DNA from: Hyphochytrium catenoides
Taxonomy: Eukaryota > Protista > Hyphochytriomycota
DNA length: 46,284 nt
Direction of reading: 5' to 3'
Assembly: GCA_900088475.1 (NCBI GenBank)
Contig: FLMG01001075.1
Span: 1-46,284, forward strand
The notes beneath the pieces were generated by a model. That model had not been told where the DNA came from, did no database searches, and saw only the letters and a program-made list of their open reading frames with translations. The translations under genes and the position numbers were made by a program. Below, piece by piece: positions 1 to 10,900 of the stretch (position 1 is the first letter of the stretch; each line of letters starts with the position of its first letter).

Positions 1-780
1 AGCTTCTCCTAGCCATAGGCCGCTGTAGTGCCTTGGTGTACTAGATCTTGGCGATATACTCCTCGGTACCAAGGCAATAGCCAGATCTTCGCCCTTGGTC
101 TCTTCCATCCCAATAACTACAGGAGAACCTCCATGCGTTGTAGCTCTCTTCTAGCCACTTTCCTATCTCTCCAATGAACAGTCTCAACAGTCAATGGCGC
201 TCATCAACTCCTCCCCAGACGATGAGCATACAAAGCCGCATCGAAGGATGACCATCAGGTCATCAGGTCTCTCCTGGCTCCTACGAGTAGTGTCCTTCAT
301 CCTCTAAGCCATTGCCCAGTGAACAGGCCAAAGTGTTACGCTCAGAGAACTTATTCTGAACGCACACTCTTTGATAGGGCTTGATTCTTAATCTTGTTAG
401 GTAAAAGTAGAGTGGTTGTTTCACTGCTGTTGATGAAGCTTTTGATGAAGCTGGAAGATTTTAGAATTTAAGATTGATGAGTTATGATGATGAAGAGTTG
501 TTGTGTGATTGCTGCTACCAAGACCTCTGTGCTTGATGGGAAATGGCAGAGTGTCATCAGCTAGAGCTAAGTCTGAGCTTAACGAGCATTCCTGAGACCA
601 GGGCTCTAGATACGACGACGTGAGTTATCAAATACTATCGAAGCTAGAGAATACTACTGCAAGGAAAGTTCCTAGGCTGACTAGTAAGCTAAGCTGCTCG
701 GGCTATTACTACGGAGCTAAAGAGAAAGGTCGAAGGGCGAAGAGTGGGAAACAATCTAGAGAGGGATAGGAGTTGCGGTG
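1..780 (-). mobile_element. Degenerate, internally deleted Ty1/Copia-like LTR retroelement remnant (LTR-like segment, PBS-like site, RNase H C-terminal relic); runs off the window start
   Basis: On the minus strand an AT-rich non-coding stretch ends ...CCTAACA at 395, followed by AGATTAAGAATC. Downstream, stop- and frameshift-ridden translations SAID...QRMEVLL...KIWLL / LGTEEYIAKI*YTKAL resemble the Copia RNase H end (SAIAL...KHIDVR...PTEEQIADIFTKAL). The outer boundary is uncertain. Confidence 0.4.
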
Positions 781-1548
781 TTGAGAGTTGAGGTCTTGAA
801 AGCTAGGCTGCGAACGTGAAGAAGGGCGGCGTCATGGTCTCTAGCAGCACTTCTTCTTCCACCAATAACAACAGCAATGAGAAGCTTGTTGTCATCAATG
901 TCCTTCAGAAGCATGAGTGTGTGTCACACAGGGGTCGAGCAGCTCATGAAATTAACTTTCACTCTGAGACCGAAATGTCTGGAATTTATTTTCATTCCCC
1001 CCCGCCAAAAGAGGCGGGATAGAACTCATGATCTTCATCTCCTGCCTGCAATAGCAATTAACTTCCTGCCATTGCCGATGATACCAAGTATCCATAATTC
1101 ATTTTCTGAGCGAGTGGAGAGCTGCATAGGGGATGTCAACTTCTCCCTCATCACTTCTTCCCTGGAACTAACTCTAAGCCCAGAGATTGAGGAACTAACT
1201 TCTAGTAGTACTTAGTATATACTGCCTGATCATCATCGACGATGGTGGTGCTTGGTGATGTTGATGATGCCCCTACTCAACAAACAGTAGTAGGAGAAAG
1301 CGGTGGTAACAGCGAAGAAGGTAAGGTGGGAGTGGCAGTCGTAATCAGTAAGCTGCAGTAATAGCTACTTACTTCTTAGTGTCTTCTACAAACAGCGGCT
1401 GAAGCAGAAGGGACCAATAAGCGGAAGAACGCCACATACTACTTTACTGAGCTGCCGACCAAGAAGACAAAAGGGAAGATAGAACGGGCATACTCGGTTC
1501 AAACCCTTTATAAAATCCCTGTTAACAGATATAGCTATGAGAATAAAT

Positions 1549-1715
1549 CCCTACATTCACACAGGGACACTGCCCAATCTTGTAAGACAGGCTTGATTCG
1601 AAGCCCACTTTCCGGCTCATTTGTACTGCAAAAGCCATAGAGTGAGCCCTCAAAAGTGGGCTTCGAGTTAGGCCTGTCTTTTAAACCTGAAGAATGTCCC
1701 TGTATGAATGTAGGG
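1549..1715. repeat. 167-bp fold-back (nested inverted repeat), MITE-like or hairpin RNA
   Basis: CCCTACATTCACACAGGGACA pairs with TGTCCCTGTATGAATGTAGGG (1 mismatch). AAGACAGGCTTGATTCGAAGCCCACTTT pairs with AAAGTGGGCTTCGAGTTAGGCCTGTCTT. Inner stem GGCTCAT/GTGAGCC. A symmetric 14x14 internal loop separates the outer stems. Confidence 0.85.
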
Positions 1716-2427
1716 TGGGACACATATACAGAAAATCCCCATACAAAGCTCGAAGCCCACATTCTTGGGGGGTTGGTATAGGCCCTTAAACCCTATTAAG
1801 CCTAACATTGACCCCATTGGAAAAGAGCCCACTTTTTTTAGGCGGACGGCCTCCCTAGTGCAGCAGGCGAATCTTAGTGTAGAGAGCGTCGTTCAAGAAG
1901 TGGTCACTCGAGATGGAACAGCACCTTGGCTATGGTGGAAAGGATTATTAGTATTGCTCAGTTCTTTCAGGTGAAAGATTTCTGAGCCTTGTAAGAGGTC
2001 AGCTTCCTCTTGACCTTCTCTGCCTCTACGTCTCTTCTCTGACGCGATCAGACGGCAAGCACGCATAAGTGGACCGAGCGTGATTGTGGCCCGCATGTGG
2101 TCCGTCAATTCCGGCCATGATGTGTGACCTTGAAGCTCGAACATCATCATTACGCGTAACAACGCACACTAAGATTTGATAATCAAAGCTTTTGAAGCTC
2201 CTCTTGAAATCTTGAGATGAGGTTTTTTTTTGGCAGAGATCATCGGGAAAAGTGCCGCAGAGAATTAGGAGCTTTCCAGTTCATAACGTCCGTAGATTGA
2301 GCCCCTTTTCTTTGGGGGTTTGAGTCAAAGCTCGCTAACTGTGAACAGAGGATATTGTGCGGACTCTTCCTGGTCATTACTAGATTCAGCCTAAGTCTTT
2401 GGAGAGTCTAACACCGCAGCAGCCAAT

Positions 2428-4935
2428 ATGAACTTCAAGGTGCCCGGAGCCGGATCCGATCATGCGGCAATGCCGCCACCTGCGCCGACGCTTCAGCCGT
2501 TCGGTAGAGGACCATCAAGGCTCAGGTAGCCCTGCTACTTTATCCTATGTCTTGAAAAACAGAGCACTAATACTTGTTTGACTCTGGGTATCATCCTCCT
2601 TCGCCTACCTTTCCCGCTGCCCTTGCCCGACTTTGTTGCGTATACAGAGATTCTATGGTTGCGGGTTGGGAGTCCTACTTTGACCGTTCTGAAGACATAA
2701 ACTGTGGCGAGGATGTGGGTGACTTTTGCACTGATTGTCAGTGACTCCTCCTGCTTATAAAACGCTGTATGTACAGGCATTCCATGTGTACACTGCAGGA
2801 AACATAGGTCCCTATCTGCTCCTCTTACACGGTGGAGGGTACTCCGGCCTTTCATGGAGCTTGCTAGCAGTAAGAAATGAGGGGAAATGGCACCAAGGAG
2901 AGGATATAGACATCAACGCTTCTTATATTTCGTACCTTTGGCTCTGTGCAGGAGAATCTTAAGCAGCATTGCCGTGTGATAGCACCAGATCTTCGTGGCC
3001 ACGGTGCTGTCTCCTCGTCTTGTGATAACCTCCTTTATCAAGTTTCGTTGTTCTTATCCTTACTGAACAAACTCGGTCACGGCGGGTCTTTCTTCCCCGT
3101 CTAGCTCCCACTTCTCTTCCAATGTAGTTGCTTCCTCCTGGCTCTTTCTCACACCTCAAACTTTCTTTGACGATCTTATGTCCTTGCTTTCTTCTCATTG
3201 TGACAAGGCTTGACACGGACAAAGGATGAGTCAGATCTAAGCAGTGAACGGATGGTAGAAGATCTGCTCCTACTAATGGAGCAGATGGTCCAAGATCGCA
3301 GTGTTCCTATAGTCGTAGCCGGCCACAGGTGATGTCCTGCCTCCTTCCTCCCCTTCCCGCTGCTGGTCAATGCATCTCTTCAATACTCGCTTCTCCCACT
3401 TACCCATCGTTAAAACTTTCTTTCAAGCCCTGTGATCCATTGACCTTTATTTGGAGTTTAGTCTTTCTTCCTCTCACGGTCGGTCTTGTTCAACAGTATG
3501 GGGGGTGCCATTGCTATTCGTCTGGCGGCCTCTGGACAGCTTAAGGGACTAACGGGTCTGATAGTCCTCGACGTGGTGGAAGGGACGGCATTGGCTGCCC
3601 TCGAGCATATGCATGCCGTCTTGGCCAGGAGACCTAAGGAATTTGAGGCTGTCGAGGAAGCAGTTCGCTGGAGGTACAGAGCAGACGCTCACTACAATGT
3701 GGAGGAACCTTGAACCTGTTTCGCAATGTTCTTCTGCCATTCTTCCTGAAAGCCTTAAGCCGACCGCTCATGACTTTCCCCCAAACAGTCTAGCTTTCTG
3801 GTCCTTGTTGAGTCCATTGCTCTTCGTTGTACTACTGTTACCTCCGCTGAGGATACCCTTTCGACATACGTATGCCGACCGCTTCTTGATGTCGCCAATG
3901 AATAGCTTCGACTATCCTGCGACTTCGTCCCTCTATTGAAAGCATGTCTGCTAGCAAAGAGTACTTTCTGTCCCCTAGGTTCTCTCTCTGCAATGCTTTT
4001 GTTGGAGCAGGTACTATATGGGTGTCCTTTATCGCTGACTGCTATGAACCTTCTCCATCCGCAGTCTCGAGAGTGGGACAGTGCATAATCGTGACTCGGC
4101 TCGAGTATCTATTCCCTCCCAGCTGGTTCAAAGGGAGGACGGTGTATGGGTCTGGAGGACTAAGCTGGAAGCTAGCGCGCCACATTGGAGGGGTAAGATC
4201 TGGCTAAAAGTTTAGCTGCTCACGAGGCAATGGCTCTAACGGTCTCATCCACTCCGTCTATTTTGGTGGTCCTCCGTCAGGCTGGTTTGAGGGAATGTCT
4301 GAACAGTTCCTAGAAGTAAAAGTGCCGAAAATTCTGATGCTAGCGGGCACCGATCGGCTGGACACGGCGCTTATGAGAGGCCAGATGCAAGGAAAGTTCC
4401 AGCTTGAGATCGTGTATGGATCAGGTAAGAAGAGTGCTCAAGATTCTAACGGAAGACAAGGACGGGAAAGTCTAGATATCCTGCAAATGAGAGATAAGAT
4501 GTGGTCGAGCGGCGGGAAGACTTCATAGTGAGAGAGACTCAGCTAGAGAAAGCGAGGACTGAGTCGCCCAGCGCTACGGCCAGGGCCAGAGACCGGAATG
4601 TCTAGGCCTTGGCGAGTAATCGTTGAGGAGACACGAAGGGAATGGAGGACGTGTCGGCGTCAATGGAGGGCAGAGATTCATACGGAGAAGTACGCAGGAA
4701 CAGCAGGGAACTTGAGTCCCTTGAGAGAGAGCTAGGTTGTACTATACAGGATTTACAAGGAGGGGCTGACACCTTGCCTACGGCAGGCCACGTAATCCAT
4801 GAAGATAACCCCGGCAAGGCAGCTAGCGCTATCCTGCAGTTCCTTGGACGCTATGGGTTGATTGCATCCATCCCTTCTGAGGCCGACCACTTAGCAGCCA
4901 AGCTAGAGAGGGCGAGAAGAATGACCCCAAAATGA
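2428..4935 (+). CDS. PPME1: Protein phosphatase methylesterase 1 (PME-1, alpha/beta hydrolase), 9 exons, about 342 aa
   Basis: Phase-consistent GT-AG exons: 2428-2525, 2648-2714, 2777-2869, 2952-3003, 3208-3328, 3497-3673, 4065-4192, 4281-4424, 4787-4935. Motifs LLLHGGGYSGLSW, DLRGHG, GHSMGG (nucleophile), LIVLDVVEGTA, SARVSIPSQL, GWFEGMSEQFL, LAGTDRLD...GQMQGKFQ, GHVIHED. Confidence 0.95.
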
Positions 4936-4999
4936 GATGGACATGGAAGGAGGCTGAAGTCAAGAGCAGGCGTTCATCACAAGCGAAGCGACACTAATT

Positions 5000-7900
5000 T
5001 TATTGAGCGCCGACGGTCATCACTTCTTCTCTTCTTTCTTCTCCCGCCTCCCTGTGGACGTTCGTCCCAGCCCCTTTTAGGCTATGCAGCTGCTTTAGGA
5101 GCCGCTTATTCTCCTCTTCCGCCCTCTGGAGCCGGTGGTTGAGGTCATGAATGGTTGCTAGATCTCTTCCGGGAGGCCGCAGTGGAGAGGAGCTGTTGGC
5201 GGAAAAGCCCTTCTTGGTACTGGACGCGGCCAGCATGAGATCTCTCTTCTTCTCCTCCATTTGTGACTCTTCTCTCCTGGCCTTCTGCTCAATAGACCAG
5301 GTAGATGCCCCGTGGAGCAGTTTAGCAAAAGGAGCAAGAGGCAGTGAGTTAAAGGACAGGAAAGAAGGAGACGAAAACAATCACTCGCTGAAAAGAGATA
5401 AGAGGCTTTAGGAGGAGTAGAGCCGTACCTGCAGAGAAAAGAAGCCAGCCGAGGCAGTGCTAGCAAGGTCGAAGAGGAGCCTTTCTCTTCTTCTCTGCTC
5501 GACCCACTGCGCAGGCTGCTCTCTCAGTGAGAGGAACGAGCTAACGACACTGCTTGAGACCTCAGCCTCTTCATACTCAGAGAATAGCTTAAGAACCAAG
5601 GTCCGCTTTTTTCTTCGGGCGGTCTGTGGAATACCTAACATTTGATAGTATTTGCCCTGCACCTCAGCGTCACATTGATCGAGCTGCTCATAGATTTTGC
5701 GCCTCTCAGCATCCAAGTGTTTCTCAAAATTAAGCTTCTTCATCGCAGCCAGGGTCGCTTGCTGAACAAAAAGAAAGAGAGAGAGAGCAAGGAGCGAACA
5801 AGAGTAAGAACCCACATATGTAGGCAAGGACACTTTGAGAGAGAACTTATGAGGCTGCAAATGACAAGGAGCCGGAGAGAGAGGCGTGCATAGAAAGGCG
5901 GTACCTCTAGCAATTTGCCTGCACTTGCACCTTCACCCTCCATAATCTCCGGGACCACAGCCAAAGAGGTACTGCGAGCTCTTTCCAAGGACTTGCGCGG
6001 AGATAATGTGGAAGAGGAGAGAGGACGCCCCTGGCTTTCCTTCCTCTTCTCTTCTGTCGACGTATCGGTGCCTGCCCTAGCCTCTTCTCTGTCTCTCTCT
6101 CCTCCGCCAGCAATCTTTCTAACTCTCCCTGCTTCTTCTCTGACTAGTGCATACGTGAAGAAGCTAAAGCCTGCAGAGCTTCTCCAAAAGCGTGCTCTGT
6201 AGCTTAGCGGCGTGTTGCATACTTTCCATAGCCCGAAAATGTCCTTCTTCAATTCTCTCACTGCTTCCTCTCTCTCTCTTCGACTCTTTTTCTCCGTCTG
6301 GTGGCCTCTGACTCGGCTTTGGATGCTAACTGCAGCCCTTCTGGAATGGCAAAAGGCCTTACGATGCCTTTGCCTTCGATGATGAGCCTACGAGAGACGA
6401 AAGAGTCATTGACTACTTTACGAAGGCGAGAGAACATTGACTAGAGCGAGGGATGGAAGAGAGTGAGGAAGAGTTCTGCTTCAGCAAATGTACGACGAAG
6501 AAGCGAGAGTACACGGCAGAGATAGAGTGAGAGAGCGAGAGAAAGAGCGAAAGAGACAAAGGAGAGAGGGCTAAGCATGAAATGAGAGTTGGCAACAAAC
6601 TGAAGAGAGTCCAGTCCCGACTTTATCGAATTAGAGGGTAGCGAAGGCTCCCACCTGCAGTAGAATCACTCCTCTTCGAAGCTTCTGATACCGAGCACGG
6701 AGGATGACCATAAGGAGGAAATTCTGTGTGACAACCATCGCTCTTCTTAACTTTCTTCCCTCTCTTCGCCGCCTCCACGCTCGAAAGGCTCGCTGGATCC
6801 GTCTCGCACAGTTATTTTCTAAGCCCTTCTTTTGCTTATAATGTATGTTCTAGGCAAAGGAAAGAGCAGTGGCAAAGAGAATGAGCGAGCGAGTGGGCAA
6901 GAGAGACATAGGGAGAGAAAAGAAGAGAGAACAGAAGAAAGAAAGAAAGGTAAAGTTCTCTTTCTCTTCTCCTTCTTCTGTCTTTTGCTCTTCCCCACTT
7001 ACGCTCTCTTGCGTCCATCACACTTTCCTGCATCCTCTTCCTCCCTCTCCTTTTCTCCCTCACTCTCTCTGTCTCTCTCTCTTGTGTCTCTCTATCTCTC
7101 TGCTTCCGGACAGTGCCAGCAGCTCCTGAACTCTTTCTGACTCTTGCTACCTTTTTCTGCGCTCTATACCACTTCTGAATGCTTCGTGCCGCTCTAGTCT
7201 TCTTCTGAAAGAGAGCCCTCTCTCTGTGCATGCGGTACATAGCCTGAATCTTTGTGACTAATCGCTTGGCCTCCTTCCAATTAACACGATGAAGAGAGGA
7301 GGCAGGGGAAGAGAATGACGTAGAAGGAACGCCTTGGACCTGCTTATACACCTAACATTGGAATGCATCCGTGAGGTGGCAATAGTAAGAGGGGGGAGAG
7401 AGACAGACAGACAGAGAGAGAAAGAGGCAGAGAGACAGAGATGGACAGAAGCGAGACTGAGAGAGAGAGTTGGAAGCAAGAAGCAAGGCTACTAAGACAG
7501 TGCCTTCCTTGCGGCTCTTGTAGCTCCATGACTGGTCCGCCTGTCTTTCTATGTACTTCCACCTGGTCGAACTTCTCTATTTTCCTTCTCTGACTCTTCC
7601 CCATTATCCACTCCCACTCCCCCCTGGCTCTGTCTTCTTGAAGCTTACCTGGCTCAACTCCTGCCTGGTGGGCAATCTCTGCTTCTCATCGCCTTTGAAC
7701 AGCTGGATGATGGCTGGAATTGGCCCATAAAGAGACGGCTTCAGCGTGGGAAACCTGTCATAGGAGAACTTGCTGACGCCTGAAGGCAGGTCTCTTGTCG
7801 AGGGCGGAGGGACCACGAAGGTCTCAGTAACATTATAAGAAGGATCGTCCAAGAACGGCGTCTCTTGCTTCCGACCAAATTTCTGGTTGCGATTCGCCTT

Positions 7901-10900
7901 GGCGATAATGGACTCCTCGAAGAATCGAACCTGAGATCAAAGAAGGCAGCGATGTGTGAGACAAAGCCCTCAGCAGGAACGACAGATGCAATCTATAGAA
8001 GAAAGAGAGACAGAGAGAGACAAAGAAAGAGAGAACTAGGGAATGGAATGGAGTGGTGCAGTATGGAGCTGGGGCAGTGGCACCTGTGGGTCTTCAGGGT
8101 AATAGACTCTCTCCTCATAAAAACGTTGGAAGAGCTGTGAGCTGAGAAACTTCGAGAGGAAAACGGAAGATTCTCCGTCGGTCCCAAGGTCTTTTAGAAA
8201 CCCTTCCTTGTCAAAGGTAGGCACATTCTTCGACGTAGGACCCGTCTTCGCGAGAAAGAGAGGGAAGTTAGCACAAAGCTAGTCTGACTCGATAGCAACC
8301 ACTACTACTCTTTCTTCTGCCGACTTCTCCTCAAGTTCCCAGCTCGCTTTATATCCATATTCCTCCTTGTCTCCTCTTCGCACGGGGCACTTAGCTCCCA
8401 CTCTCTTTCATATCTCTCTGTTCTACTCTGTCCTTTCTCTTTGTTCCATCGTTTTCGCTTCTGTCTTACTCTTCACGCTCACACACTCTCCTTATATCCG
8501 TATATATAGGTATCTGTCCCTCTTCCTTTCTTTTCCTAGTCTGAAGGCTCTTACCTCTCCTTTGGTGTGAAGAAAGTTCCTATAGTTCCTCAGAAAGCCT
8601 ATGAAGAAGCGGAAGAATGCTGCCCGGACTTCTCTCATGCTAAAGCCAGGCGACTCATTCATCCGGACGTCAGTAATGCTGTCCTTCTCGCCTCCACTAC
8701 TGCCTGGGCCTCCGTCTTTGCTGCTGTGGCTCTCACTGGAGAGGAAGGAAGACGAGGAGAAAGAGGGAATGTTCACCTCGCTTGTTCCCTTGCGAAAGAT
8801 ATTACTGGAGCTAATGCCTGACTTGCCTCGCTGCAGTCAAAGAACAGGAGAGTGTCAAGAAGGGAGAGAGAAAGAATGTGGAAGAAGGAAGAAAAGAAGA
8901 TTATATATAGAGAGAGAGAGCATGGTAGTCAATAGCAAAGGCTGGGCAGAGTTTGACTTGTATCTTCTTTCGACTTCTCAAGCTCTCCTTTGTGTTCTCT
9001 CTGTAATGGAAGCTAGCCGTCACAACCTCCTCTCCTGCAACCCTCTCTTACCTTACTGATGGCAGTATTGTCAAAGCTAACACTGGTCTCATGGCTCATC
9101 GTGATGCCCTGCTCAGATGAAAAACATTGGATTGGCTCTGTATCTTCATTGTCCGGGAAGGCCAGCTCCGCTTTGTAAATGGCAGGGCTTTGAGGGTTGA
9201 AGACGGCAGCATGATCATGAAGGCTCTGACGGAGCTTGGTAGCTTCTCGGGGAGGTAGAACAGGGAGAGACCGAGGCTGACAGAGGATTAGTTAAAGAAA
9301 GAAATGGCGAGAGAGAAAGAGAAGGAGAGAGAAAAAGAGAGGGACAGTGAGAGGGACAGGAAAAAAAGAGAAGTAATGGGAGGAAGATTGGGGAATAGAG
9401 TCACACTGAGCGGGAAGAGCTGCTCTGGAAAGGAAAAGAGAACTTGCTCTGGAAGCCGGGTGCTGCTTAAAAGAACAGAGAGAGAGAGTCTTACCCTTCC
9501 TGTCTCATCATCCACCCCCAGTCTCACGACATTCCGATCGAGGTCGACCACTACCAGGTTGCTCCCTCTCCCTCCTCCAGCGTCAGAGAGAGAGAAAGGG
9601 AGAGACTTCGAATTCAATCCAACGAAAAATGGTACAGGAGCATCCAGAAGGTCCAGGAGAGAGGAAGGAAGGATAGGGATGTACACTCCCTGCCAGACGA
9701 ATGGGAAAAGGAGAGACACAAGTGTCTCCATCACTGGCATCAGGAGGGCATAACGTCTGGAACAAATAACGACCTAGGGAAGGCGTGCGCGTATCAGAGA
9801 ATGTCAAAAAGTGGAGGAGCGGACAAAGAAAAGAGAGAGTAACAAAGAGAGAGTGAGAGAAAGAGAGACAAAGAGAGAGAAAGAGCGAGAGAAAGCACAA
9901 ATAAGAAAAGAGAGCGCGCGCGCGAGAGAGAGAGAGAGAGAGAAAAAGAGAGAAAAAGAGAGAAAAGTAGAGAGCAGGCAAGATTGGGGGAGAGAGAAGA
10001 GAAAGAGACAGAACAAATGGAAGGAGGGAGGCCTTGTCTCTTACCTTCTCCTCCTGCAGCAGACAAGAAACCACAGTCAAGATATTATCCAAGTCTAGCA
10101 GTTGGAAGAGAGCGCGCATCGACCAATCCACCATCGGCATCTTATTAGGAGCTGGGCGGCTGAGTGTGATGGTCCGGTCTGGCAAAGCATATTGAACCTG
10201 CGACAACAAGAGAAATAGCGAGGAAGAGACAGCGCGAGGCAAAGGGGCAGAGACATAGAAGAGAGAGAGAGAGACAGAGAGAGGGATGGGAGATGGAAGG
10301 GAGAAGAGAGAGAGGGGGAAGGAGAAGAGAGAGAGCCAGAAGAGGGGAGAGAGGGGGAAGCAAGCGACAGACACGCAGGGTCAGTTGCGTTCTTGAAAAG
10401 TGTGAACGGGCCAAGAGAGAGGAGGATAAAAGACACTATGAAATAAAGGAAGGTTAATTAGCAAAGGATTTCAACGACAGAGATCACAGCCAAGACGCAG
10501 ACTGCCGAGAGCGCACAGCGGGCAGAGGTACCTGTATGTGGCCTTGTGGAGGCAGGGGAACTTGGCAGCAGAAGTTGAGAATATAGCGCTCCAGCGGAAG
10601 CGGTGGGGAGGAGCGGCTTAAACGATAGATCTGAAGGGGCAGAGAAGAGAGCGCGCACAGTGAGACACTCTGAAGGTTAGCGCGTAGAGAGATTCAAGTT
10701 GAGAAGGAATGATGGAGGACGTACGTCTTAAGGGAGAAGACCCAAGAAGGGATATCAAAGGATGTGAGAACATCCCAAAGAAAAGGGAACCAGCCTCTCA
10801 GACATAGAGAAGAAATCAGACATAGAAAAGAAACAGCCAAGAGATAGGGAAGAAATACCGTGAGGAAAAGGAAGAGAAAGTCAGAGACAGGGAAAGACAG

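Noticed and set aside
816-1022. ORF with LVVINVLQKHEC, faintly like a MULE/FAR1 zinc-finger segment
   Set aside because: Too short, with no further transposase motifs.
779-1282. Possible solo LTR bounded by TGTTGAG...CTCAACA
   Set aside because: The flanks (TGCGG / AACAG) do not form a target-site duplication, and a 7-bp inverted match can occur by chance.
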